Positions 14,222 to 25,700 of a DNA stretch of 64,000 nucleotides are shown piece after piece (the first letter of the stretch is position 1; every line of letters starts with the position of its first letter). Below the pieces are notes generated by a model that saw nothing but the letters and a program-made list of their open reading frames with translations, made no database searches and was not told where the DNA came from. A program made the position numbers and the translations under genes. Source of the stretch: Moniliella sp. 'wahieum' (Eukaryota); contig RSEE01000084.1 in the NCBI GenBank assembly GCA_003971905.1, forward strand, positions 62,001-126,000, written 5' to 3'.

Positions 14222-15303
14222 ATGCCCATGCCCATGCCGACCCACCATCGCCCCGCCACGCCCCTGCCTCTGCCCGCCCTCGTACCTGTCCCGCCGGCTG
14301 AACCTGTCGGCCTCACCCTCCGGCCATCAACAACGATTCCAAACACGACACCACCTTGTTGATGAACGAAAAACACGATCCAGAGTGGGTGTCTGCAAAA
14401 GGCGTGCCCCACCCACAGATCCCGTCCAGGCGCACCAGCATCATCCGCATCATGTCTGCATTCTTCCTTGGAGTGTGTGTCTTGGTGTCTCTTCTCTTGA
14501 TCGTACGTCTTCTCTCTCTGTGTCCTATATACACTTTTGGCCTGGATGTATACTCTTTTAGTTTTGCTAGATGGTCTCGCGTTCTAGTCCTGACACCACC
14601 GTCTCCCTTTGCTGCTACAGATCCACAAGTGTCCCTTTTGCCCCGACGTGGCCGTCCCCACTTTTCCCTCCAACACCCGCCTACATTCCATCCCGGTCGA
14701 GCTCACAGCCACCGCGCACCGCCGCCCCCGCCTCCTCTTGAGCGTATGCCGGGGCGCCCAAAGCGGAGGAAGTGCGCATCTCGTTGGTGCAGACACGGTC
14801 CACCTCACCATCGAGACGTTCGCCGAGGGCTTCTTTTCCCTCGCGCCTTCTTTCCACGGAGTCAAGACCACGTTTGTGCAAGACACGCAGGCCGACCCGT
14901 CTCCCCCGCCAGGGAAATCGATGCCGCTCTTCGGTCCGGTTTCCCGCCCGCGCCGCGCCCCGCCCCCAGGCATGGACCGTGAACGTGACGCTCTCGCGCT
15001 GGGACCCGTCGGCGATCGATCTGTTTCTTCTTGTCCCCTCCGCCTTGCTCCGTTGGGCGCGGTGGTGGGACTGTACACCCGGGCCCACTTGCACTTCCCT
15101 TCCCTGCTCTCTCCCCGGACGAGAGGGCAGGGATGCCTCCTGTCGAAGTGACGGTAACTGTGCCGGCCTCCTTCCCCCCGGCCATGCTTGGCTTCCGCGC
15201 TGCTCCGCCGCCTCGCGCCCACGGAGCCCATCTTTCGTGGCGCCGGATCAAGCACTTGGTCGGCCGCCAGGTGGGGTACATGACGAGGCACCGCAACGAG
15301 TAG
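14222..15303 (+). CDS. Hypothetical single-pass (type II) membrane protein
   Basis: Basic residues precede a hydrophobic stretch (RRTSIIRIMSAFFLGVCVLVSLLLI). GTACGT...CTGAC...CTACAG intron ~14503-14620, continuing ORF IHKCPFCPDV..., stop at 15303. TATA-like TATATATA at ~14151-14158. No recognisable family. Confidence 0.45.
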
Positions 15304-16104
15304 TACCATGCATCATGCATAATGTCTCTTTGTTGCCTCACGATCGTTTACAAACAAACTTTTTTTTTTCTTTACAAAGCGCAAAGGTCCTGCGTTGCCA
15401 GCAGCCAAGTTCTGCTCCTTCTTTTCTCCTGATGGCATCAATCATTAATCATTCTTGGGGTGAGCTTGGGGCTGCTTCCCTGGCTTCAATCGGTATCATA
15501 AGATAGGGATCTGTACCATATGATAGGGTTCTTGGCATCTACTACTATGGGGTTCTTTTGCGTTGTTATTGCTACGGGGCTCTACGTCCATGACACTACC
15601 CGGCACTCTTCCCACCACTCGGTGTGTGTTGTAATTGTAATGCTGCCGATGAGGAGGATGAGAGCACTGACACGGCTGGGGCACACAACCAACGATTGTT
15701 GTGCGGCGGTGGATGCGGATGTAGATGTGGATGCACATTCCAACTGTTGGCACGCAAGAGTCAGCGAGCGACGTGTGTCCACTAGCCACTGAGTTCTCTG
15801 CTGGCCACCGGCGGGGCGAGCGGGGGGGCGGTTGGTGCTGGCTAGTGGCGCGTCAAGTGGCCGCTGGATATGGATAGGATGAGCCTTGGGCGGGATAGGA
15901 CGATCGAACGGACGGAGTGCAACGCAGTGCAATGCAATGCAATAAATAATAGCCCCCCCCTGCCCTCGGGACTCCGCCCGCCGCAGTCTTCCGCAGCGGC
16001 GAGCCAAGCCGCCCAGCGCAGCCCGCGCGGGGGCAGTGTCGGTCGGCTCCAGCCGGGGTGGGTGCCCGAGCGGAGCAGGGCGGAGGTGGCGCGAGGCGGG
16101 TCGC

Positions 16105-18186
16105 ATGTCGCTCCTGCCGAGCGCCTCGGTTGGCTACGTTGGTCCGCCACCACTACCACCACTACCCCTACACCACCTCCTCGACGCCATGTCGGCGTTC
16201 GGATACCAAGCACACACCGTCGAGGCCACCCGCTCCACCCGATTGCGAGCCGCGTGTCGGAGGAGCGAGCGAGCTGGACCTTAGTCTGCACCCGACCCAT
16301 CCCGACTTTGCCGCCTTCCAGTCCACCGACCAGCTGCTGAGCCAGCCCGGGTCTGGGTCCGGGACTGGGTCCGCGTCTGCGCCCGAGCCTGCGCCCGAGC
16401 CCGCGCTGGACCCTGGCTTTCTGGGCGTTGGCTCGCCTGCCGGCGGCCGGTCGCGCGTCGCGTCGCAGCACTCGCAAGCGCGCGGGCGGGGGACGAGTCG
16501 GAGTCGGAGTCGGGCGCCGAGCGAGTCGGGCCCGCCCAGTCGGACAGGCACGTTGTTAGCGGACGTGCGTCGGACGTTGTCGCTTCTTCCTGGGTGGAAC
16601 CCATTGGCGAGCGCGACGCACTGGCTTGCCTCGCGTACCGACCCGCTGCCCATCCCGCCCACGGCGAGAACAGCTGGAAGCCGCAACGGTCTTTGGCCCG
16701 CCCGTGGACCAGCTCATGTCCCCGACGCACGCGGCGGAGGTGGAGGATGTAGGTGCGGTGGCGCTGCACACGTTGGTCTCCTGGCTCGGGTGGCAGGCCA
16801 AGTACGTGCAGGACGTGGGGGAGAAAGACAAGGCGCGCGGCCAGCCAGGCGGCCGCGCGACAAAAACGGCTGGAACAGGCGGCCAAGAAAGACGATCAAG
16901 CTGCAGACGACGGCGACGACCACGCCGACCGCGATGGCGATGGCGACCGCGCTGTGTCGGGCGCCACCACACACTCACTCTCCCCATTGGCGGCAGCACC
17001 GCCAGCCTCACACCCCCGACCGCGACTGCGACGACCGAAGCCAGCAGTACGAGCAGCAGCAAGGATCGCAGGACAAGGCGGCGCCAACGGTGTGTGCCTA
17101 TGTGCAGCTCTTGTCCTCGGTCCGATCTCAGACGGTGCACTTTACGGACCAGCTCGAGTTGAAGTACGATTGTGCGTCGGAGCAGGGGTGCAGGTGCGTA
17201 TCTTTGCGCGCAGTGTGGTGGATAGTTCCGATTCGCTTCAGGATGTTGTGGCGCCCACGTGGGGGACCGAGTGGGTAGCTTGCTTGGTGCTAGGACCGAC
17301 GCAGGTGCCTGGCCGCGCGTTTGGTCAGCACCTTGCTCTCCCCCTCGCCCTCGACCCGCTCCACGCGCAAATCACCGATGCCCTGCGCGCCCAGCCCCCC
17401 CATACACCGGCACATGCGCGCTCCAACTCCCACACCCCGCTCCTGGAGCAAGAGGATGCCGACGAGCAGCACGAGCCCCAGGAGCGTACCGAGCCGCCCG
17501 AGCCGCCGCTGGCCACCGAGCCGGCCGGCCTGGGCCTGGGCTTGGACGTGCCTGCGGACCCCGATATCGAGGCTGGCGCTGCCGATGATGACGCGGTCGA
17601 TGGGGACCCGCAAGGGACCAAGGAGCTTCAGCTAGCCATTGTGCTGGACACGCTGGACGACAAGGGAGCGTACGCCGCGCAATGCGCAAATCACCTACTT
17701 GACATGCACGCAGTCGGCTGCTGCGGGCGGCAAAGACGACGACGAGGCGGCGCGGGAGCAAGCTGAGCGCGAGCCTACGGGCACGTGCATGCGGTGCGCC
17801 AAGAAGCAGTCGTGGGCCGGATCCGGTTTGGGCTGCATGCGATTTATGGGCTGGAACGGGAAGAGGAGGAGGAAGCCGAGTGTCCCATCTGCTTCACCGA
17901 CCCGCCGCATACGTTGCTGTTGCCCTGCACGCACGCAGTGTGCAAGGACTGTGCGCTGCAGCTGCGCGAAGCGTCGCGGAAAAGAACGAAAAGGTGGCCA
18001 ACTCGCGAAGTACGAGAAAGAAAAAGTGGGCGAGCTATACGTGCCCCGTGTGTCGACAAGGTACGTCCCCCGCAATCCCCCTCGTCTTGCCCGCGTGCGG
18101 GAAAGGGACCTGACCTCTTGCCCTGCTCGACCACCGCAGCCTACTCTTCTATGCTCACGCTGCAGGCTCTGGCACGGGCGCCCTAG
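16105..18186 (+). CDS. RING-finger E3 ubiquitin ligase, MGRN1/LOG2-like (C3HC4)
   Basis: C-terminal VVGRIRFGLHAIYGLE followed by ECPICFTDPPHTLLLPCTHAVCKDCALQL...YTCPVCRQ. Intron ~18061-18139 and last exon AYSSMLTLQALARAP*. Start approximate. Confidence 0.72.
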
Positions 18187-19120
18187 GCGCGTTGAGGATG
18201 CGTTTTTCTCCCCGCTTCTGTTCTTGCTTTCCTTGTTGATGGGTTCTTTCCTGGGACCACGGCGCCTGCTGGCCCTTTACGCTTGATGTTTGTTGGATGG
18301 ACATTGCCCTGCTATCGGCTCGCACACCCGTATGTTTTGTTCACACTCGTTTCGCTTTCGTACTGGAGCGTGAGCGTGCGGTGGCTCGGCCGCCTGCGCC
18401 GCGGTGGTCCTGGCACGGTACAGTCTTTATTCCGCCGGAGCAATGCACACCTACGCGGCGAGGGCTGGTGTGGAGCGGACGCATAGCACGCGGGGACGGG
18501 TGCGCACACGGCCGGCAGGCGGGTCGGAAGAACAGGGGGGGATATATGTGGATCGATAGGGGCGCTTGGAGTGCGATCGAATCGATCAGATGGCAGATGC
18601 CCGGGGCGGAACAGCGGCGGGCGTTGCACACGATGGGATCAGGGCGCCGGACGTAGCAGGGCGTAGCGCCAGCGCCGGCGTTTTTCGGCGGTGGCTGCCC
18701 AGCTGGGCGCTGGCCAGGCACCGGCGCGGCCCTCGGGGTGTGATCAGCACAGCACGCCGATGCGTGATTCGTGAGTGGGCGTGGCTGCGCTCTGAACGTT
18801 CGTTCGTTGAACACGCCAGCCGACAAGTCCGTGCGCCCGGACAAAGCCCAGCGAAAAAAAATCCAGCGGCGCTCGGCCACAGGCAGGCTCGTCGGCTGGG
18901 CTCAGCGGCCCGTGCGCGCCTCGGCGGGCAGGAGGAGGCAGGAGGAGGCAGGAGGAGGCAGGAGGCAGCAGCACGCAGGCGCCGCAGTTACGTGCTGACG
19001 CCAGCCCAGCCCCAGCCGGCTTTTTGGCCGGCGTCAAGCAGCCCTCGGCCGCCGCCCTTAAGCGTCCGCTGCCGGCCCCCGCCCCTGCCCCCTCCCCCCG
19101 CCCCCGCCCCCACCGCCCCC

Positions 19121-20798
19121 ATGACCCAGCAGTCGCAGACCCCCGGCAACATCAAGCTTGCGTCCGAGGTTGTCATTGTCGTCCTCGGCGCGTCGGGCGA
19201 CCTGGCGCGCAAAAGACGTTTCCGGCGCTCTTCAACCTCTACCGCCTCGGCCTCCTGCCGGCCAACACGAGCATCATTGGCTATGCGCGCACCCAGCTCG
19301 ACACGCAGGCCTTCCACGACCGTGTTGTCGGCCATCTGAGCCACGTCGACACGCCCGAGGCCCAGCAGACCGTCAAGGAGTTCCTCGAGCTCACCAGCTA
19401 CACCGCCGGCTCGTACGATGACGATGCGGCGTTCCAGCGTCTGGAGCAGGAGATTGAGGCGATTGAAGCCGCGCGCGGCCTGGCCAAGGGCGGTGCCCAC
19501 CGGCTGTATTACATGGCCCTGCCGCCGAGCGTGTTTATCAAGGTGGCCAGCCACCTGAAGAAGAACAACTACTCGCCCACGGGCTCCAACCGCATCATTC
19601 TCGAAAAGCCGTTTGGCAAGGACCTCGAGTCGTGCAAGGCCATGCTCGATGCGCTCAAGCCGCTCTGGACGGAAGACGACGTTCCGTAAGTCCCCCCCCC
19701 CATCCTCTCCAGTTTTTTTTACCCCTCCCGCATGCACCCGCCTTTTCTTGACGAGGAGGTACTAATGCCCACCCCTCCCCCCAGGAATCGACCACTACCT
19801 CGGCAAGGAGATGGTGAAGAATCTGTTGACGGTTCGGTTTGCCAATCCGGTGATTGAAGCGACGCTGAACAACAAGTATGTGTCGAATGTGCAAATTACA
19901 TTCAAGGAGCCGTTTGGCACCGACGGGCGCGGCGGCTACTTTGATGAGTTTGGCATCATTCGGGCATTCAGCAAAACCATCTGTCGCAGGTCTTGTCGCT
20001 GTTTGCGATGGAGCAGCCGAGCTCGTTGGACGCCGAGGCCATTCGGGACGCCAAGGTGGCCGTGCTGAGGACATTCCTGCGATTACCAAGCAAGATGCGC
20101 TGTTGGGCCAGTATGTTGCCGCGGGCGGCAAGCCTGGCTACCTCGATGACCCGACTGTGCCGGACAACAGCAACTGTCCCACATTTGCCGCGCTGGCATT
20201 GTGGGTGAACAGTGCGCGTGGCAGGGGGTGCCGTTTATTCTCAAGGCGGGCAAGGCTTTGAACGAGGCCAAGGTGGAGATTCGGGTGCAGTACAAGGATC
20301 CGAGCAACAGTCTGTTTGCCCAGGCCAACGATGGCGTGATGCGCAACGAGCTGGTGATCCGCATTCAGCCCGACGAGGCCGTGTACGTCAAGGTGAATGC
20401 CAAGGCGCCTGGGCTGACGTACGACCTGGTCAATGCCGAGCTGGACTTGACGTACAAGGACCGTTTTAGCGGTGCGCGGATCCCCGAAGCGTACGAGACG
20501 TTGATTTACGATGCGTTGACGGGCGACCACAGTAACTTTGTCCGGGACGATGAGCTGGAAGCCAGCTGGTCCATCTTACCCTACCCCGCTCCTGCACGCC
20601 ATTGATCGCGGCGAGATCAAGCCGGAGGGGTATGCGTATGGATCGCGCGGGCCCAAGGCGCTCAACGACTGGATTTCCAAGTACGGCTTCAAGTACGAGA
20701 ACCAGAACTACGATTGGCCCACCACCGATGTCCGCCGACACCGCCGCACCTCCTCCTCGGCGGCGAACCACCCGCCGCTGCATCGGCCGCTGCTGTAA
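19121..20798 (+). CDS. ZWF1: Glucose-6-phosphate 1-dehydrogenase
   Basis: [53 protein letters not shown] (across intron ~19686-19783), [73 protein letters not shown]. Confidence 0.96.
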
Positions 20799-21927
20799 TC
20801 CTCCCCGCCAAGCAGCGCACAGGGAACAGGGGCGGTGGAGTGCATTCGACAATCAATGGCTTCCTCCGACGCTATACTGTCTAGTCACTAGTCACGGGTC
20901 CCCCGGTTAAGGTAGTTGTATAGAATAGGTGGGCCGCCAATTCGAGTTACAGTAGGTGATGCACTGCGCCCTACGAGCACCCGGAGCAGCTCCAACGTGG
21001 CTAGTCTTCCACAGCGCTAGCGCCTTCCTTGGGCAGCCGGCAATGGGCGAGACTCAACGCCACTGTTCTCCAACTTCGTGCCGCACCGATACGCCCACGC
21101 CCAAGGTGTCAGCCTGAGTCCTGAGTCCTCGGCTCCGCTTCTCTGCGGGTCAGAGGACCAAGATCAAGCTCGATCAAGGCCCACCATCGCCATCATCACA
21201 ACCATCAATCATCTGCATCAGCCGTAGGCGTAGTAGCCACTGCAGGCCAGACACATGTCACGGCGCTGCGTCTTCGTAGGCAGTTTAGGGAGCCCACGTA
21301 CTTGGTCAGCGCTCTACGTCAGTACCGTGGGCGACCGGCAGGACTGAACTTATCACTCGCCCTGCATCCTCCTCCATCTGAAAGCGCACCACGAGTGCCT
21401 CCTCGTCGGCCGGAGCTCAATCGTATTTTTCAGTTGGATGGCATGCACAAGTCGCCCCCCCCCCTCAACCGGTCATGAATGGTGGGTATGCGGTAACTAG
21501 TAACTAGTAACTGGCAACGATCTCAAGCTTCAAGGCAAGGTGGGGGTGTGTGTAACAAGTCACTTGAAGCGCCAGCCCGTTGCGACCTCTGGTTGCGAAA
21601 CCTGTGGCGTATGCAACCCGCCCACGAAGTAAGGCAGCTACGATTCGTTGTTGTGCTCGATCTGTTCCCAGGGGCCCCGCGTCCCACCGTACCTGTTCCG
21701 TTCAACGGTCCGACCACTCGGCCACGACTCCTCGTCACTAGCACTCCGGTAGACACTGCCGGCGTGAGGGGTCGATTGGGATCACTACTAATACGTCTCA
21801 CGACCAGTCAGTCACTCGTTGGAGGGATCGCTCCGCCAGAGCCCTGACGCCTGACGGCAGGCCTACACCGTCACCTCGTCACCCTACCTACGCGGGGGGC
21901 AGGCCATGGAAGCCGCCCAATCCTCAC

Positions 21928-22033
21928 ATTGATCCCGTTGCGGTTGATCCAGTTGATCACGTTGGTGACGTTGATCCCGTTGGTCACGTTGATCACGTTC
22001 GTTGGTCACGTTGATCACATTGATCCCGTTGAT
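21928..22033. repeat. Degenerate 9-nt tandem repeat (GTTGATCAC/GTTGGTCAC/GTTGATCCC)
   Basis: About 11 imperfect copies read directly from the sequence. Confidence 0.85.
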
Positions 22034-22258
22034 ATCAGCGCTCGGCCCAGCCCCGGTGGCCGAGCCTCAGTGCATGGCTCTCTCTGTGCTGCACTGCCAC
22101 TGCCACCACTGCCACTACCACTATACCACTACCACTACCACTAGCACCCGCGCAGACGCGCATTGGAAGAACCCCGTCGCAGGGGCACACCACCGTCCAC
22201 CATCCTACAGCCTCATTCATCCTGCCGCACCGTCCAAGCACAAAGACACGAACAACAC

Positions 22259-22306
22259 CCACGCACAACGCACAACGCACAACGCACAACGCACAACGCA
22301 CAACGC
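22259..22306. repeat. Heptanucleotide microsatellite (CGCACAA)n
   Basis: About 6 tandem copies. Confidence 0.9.
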
Positions 22307-22523
22307 AAGCACCGGGAGGACAACTAAGTCAATGTTCGGGCAGTCTGGCGAGCGCACCACACACGGGCCTCAAACTAAAACAAGCAAGGAGGCCCGAGGC
22401 CCAACCGCCAGAGGGAGAGGACGGGGGGGGGGATAGGAGAGCAGATCAGCGCAGGGTACGGGAGGCAGTGGCAGGAATACATGGGGGACCACAGCCAGGT
22501 GGTGGGGTCGGGGACAAAGGAAA

Positions 22524-22592
22524 GGGAGAGGGAGAGGGAGAGGGAGAGGGAGAGGGAGAGGGAGAGGGAGAGGGAGAGGGAGAGGGAGAGGG
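22524..22592. repeat. Hexanucleotide microsatellite (GGGAGA)n
   Basis: About 11 perfect copies just downstream of the FKS1 stop. Confidence 0.95.
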
Positions 22593-22719
22593 CGAAGGAA
22601 AGAATGGAGGGCGGGAGCAGTGTCCCGAGATGGATGGAGGGATGGAGGGTGGATGATGGACGGACGGAAGCGGTATTGGGCTGTGGCGCGAGCGGCGCAG
22701 GTGAGGCATGAGATCGTGT

Positions 22720-25700
22720 TCAGATCTTCTTGCAGAAGGAGCAGTTGAGGTTGAGGGAGGAACGGAATGGCCGGCACGGCGATGAGTGCGACAAATACTG
22801 CGAACGCGAGGACAAAGAGGGCGCCATAGCGAATGACAATGGAGCGACGCTGTTTCCTCTGCCGGAGGGAGAAGATGGGCGACGAATTTGGCGTCCGGGA
22901 CGGAGCCAGAAGAGAATCATCGAGTGCATCCGGTTTAATGTACGGCACGAGCATGGGCAGCGAGAGCGCAAAAGGATGACGTGGCAGAGGATAAAGTCGC
23001 CCGAGTAACTGCTCATCTCGATGATCTTGACTACAAACTCGCGCAGTGGCTGGCTCCATGCGTGTCCGCCCAGCCCGCGCCCGTACCACCGTCCCGTCCA
23101 CCACGCCCGGTTAGTCTCGTCGTTCTTCATCTCGCGCGAGAGCACGAGCGCGATCAATTTTGAAAAAGGCGCGTTGGATCGCAATCACTGCAATCAGCCC
23201 TAGCACCGCATGCGACGCATTCCACAGCTCGACGAGCCAGACAAACTCAAAGATCACCACCATGCCCACCACGGCCAAAAAGTGCGCAATGGAGGCCATG
23301 ACCGAGCCAAACTTGACACAGTGGTTGCTCAGCCCAGGCCCGAGCGTCAAGCTGATCACAAAAGCACACCAACAGTACCGCCGCGTTCCACGCAATCGGG
23401 CACAAGGCAAAGATGGCGACGCGCGTGATGGCGCCCATGGGCGGATCGTTGACTCCGGGGAAGGATTTGACAAAGGCTAGGCCACCACAAGATCGCCGCT
23501 TGGGCTACCGGAGCAATACACTCGACAAACAAGATGGTGCGCCAGCCCGCACGAGGGATATCGCCCGCCAACTTTTCCGACGGATGGCCCAACCGTTTCT
23601 TCTTGTACCCAGTCACTTTTGTCCGACTCAGACGGCAGTAGCCCACCAGCTGTTCGCATGCGCACGACTGTTGCCCCGGCTCATCCAGCGCAAAAATTCG
23701 CGGTAATCAATAAAGAAGTCCGATAGGGAGAACTGGTGCGGGTTGAACACGTAGGGCGCAATGATGAGCGCAGTGATGCTGATCCAGAAGCTGGGTGGAG
23801 GGGAAGAGGAAGAAGAAGAGGAAGAGGTTAGTCGCTTGCTTGCCTCGACTGAACGAAGCGGGGGGGAGGGTTGAACATACTAGATCAAGTGCGGGAACCA
23901 GAGTGTCAAAGTCACGTAGAGGAGAAGGAGGGTGAGGCGCGTGCCCGAGTAGATCGAGGGACCAGCAAAGCGACTAAAGAGCAAGGCAAAGCTTTGTCGC
24001 GTTGTGGCAAACCCACGCCCAGTGGCAATGTAGCGAGCGCCGCCAAAGGTCAAGTTGGAGATGAGCGAGTTGGAGTAGATTTGGGTGGTAAACACTTCAA
24101 ACAGCGGGGACAGGGAGAGGATTTGTTTCAAGAGACGGACAAAGGCCGAGATGGCACCGCGTTCGCACAGCTCCGTCATAAACAGCGGCAAGAAGGCAAT
24201 GGCAAAGACGAGGAAGATGGAGATGATGGTGCGCTTGACCCAGGAGAAGACAGGAGTCAGGTAGTAGCAGCCGCTGGTGCCAATGATAAAGTTCTCGCTG
24301 TTGACGCGGCAGATGATCAGGGAACTGTTGAGCGTGCCAATAAAGACCATGGCGAGAACGAGGAGTTGCATACTAGCGATGACCATGCATTGTTGAGTGT
24401 GAAACCAGGGTGGCCATAGTAGAATGTGAGGAAGCGGTCCATGGGCAGCTGGGTGCCAATGTAATAGTACTCGCGCGACAGCAGCTGCTCGCCATCCGTT
24501 TCCGAGTTTGGTGGTAAAGTTGAGAATGGTGCCAAAGCCCAGGTCACGGCCCTTGCCACACTGGTAGTACTCGCAATGCTTGATGCGCCCACCGCGGGCA
24601 AACGCAGTCATGCCAGCGTAAATGTCCTCGTTAGGTGCAGCCCCTTTTGCGCCTTGGACACCCCGCCGCGCGTGGTCATAAAGATGGCGTTGAGGAAGTC
24701 CGGGTGTCCGTAGTGCAACTTGCCCCCGATCTGAGCCAGTCCACGACCGGTAAGCGTACCAAACGTTTGTTCCTTGCCTGCCGCATTGTCACCCAGCAAG
24801 CCAATGTTTTCCGAGTAAATGTACTCGCGTGCGCCGAGGATGGCAACGGGCGCCTGCGCGTGTTGCTGGTGGTTGGCGCCATACGGATCGGCGTTGGGCA
24901 CATTGAACGATTCAAACTCGCCCATGACCGCGCACTTTGAGGCACTCTTCCAGATAATTGTCCTGGTTGGCATCGATGCCTTGTACATACTCGCCGCGGT
25001 GGAAGATGATGGCATGGTTCTGGTTGTCCGACTTGCCGTCGCCCAAGATGGGTTGCCCGGCAACTCAATCTTGAATTTGGGACGGCGCTTGCCGTTGGGC
25101 AGCACTTCACTGTGACCGTCGACCAAGCAGGAGAACCAGCGCGACTCGCCACCCTCTTTGCGCGGTGCTTCTTCATCCAGGAAGGCAATTTGAAGATCGG
25201 ATAGGCGCGCAAGAGAACTCGGCATTCTCTTGCTCTTCCTTGTTGAACTTGGAGTAGCGCTGCATCGTAATCAGGTACTTGAACTTGCGCCGGCTCATCC
25301 GTTCCAGTTCGCGTTCCAGTTTCTCCGTGTTGCCACCAAACAGCTGCACCACTTCGGGGTTTTCCACCCGGTAGAGCAACTTGATCGCCTTGGCATAGTT
25401 CATGAATCCCGACGGTTCGGTACCGGTTGGGCGCGGAGCGACGCCCAAATCCGGGTACGCAGCGTATATTCCGGCGCGGCGCTCTTGAATCCAATGCAGT
25501 AAAACGGAAGGTCATCCGCTGCTTGCTGCTCTTGGTCGAGCCCTTCTATCAAACGGCGAGCTGCCAGCAAACGCAGCCGACTCTTCGGCCAAAATCTTGG
25601 TGTCTTTGACAAAGTTGTCCCATTCGATCGGGTGGAGCTGCTTGAGGTATTCGAGAAGAGTGACCCGCGTGTTCTGGTCCTCTTCGCGGATGATCTCGCG

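Noticed and set aside
14356..14420. EWVSAKG resembling the ORM1/ORMDL N-terminus
   Set aside because: Downstream sequence lacks all other ORM motifs and multiple TM helices.
12891..14561. Long plus-strand ORF (556 aa) and similar long Arg/Pro/Ala/Gly-rich ORFs
   Set aside because: Antisense or off-frame shadows expected in very GC-rich coding DNA; no motifs.
21928..22306. Short repeats as a possible CRISPR array
   Set aside because: Units are 6-9 nt, directly tandem with no unique spacers; no cas genes; eukaryotic context.
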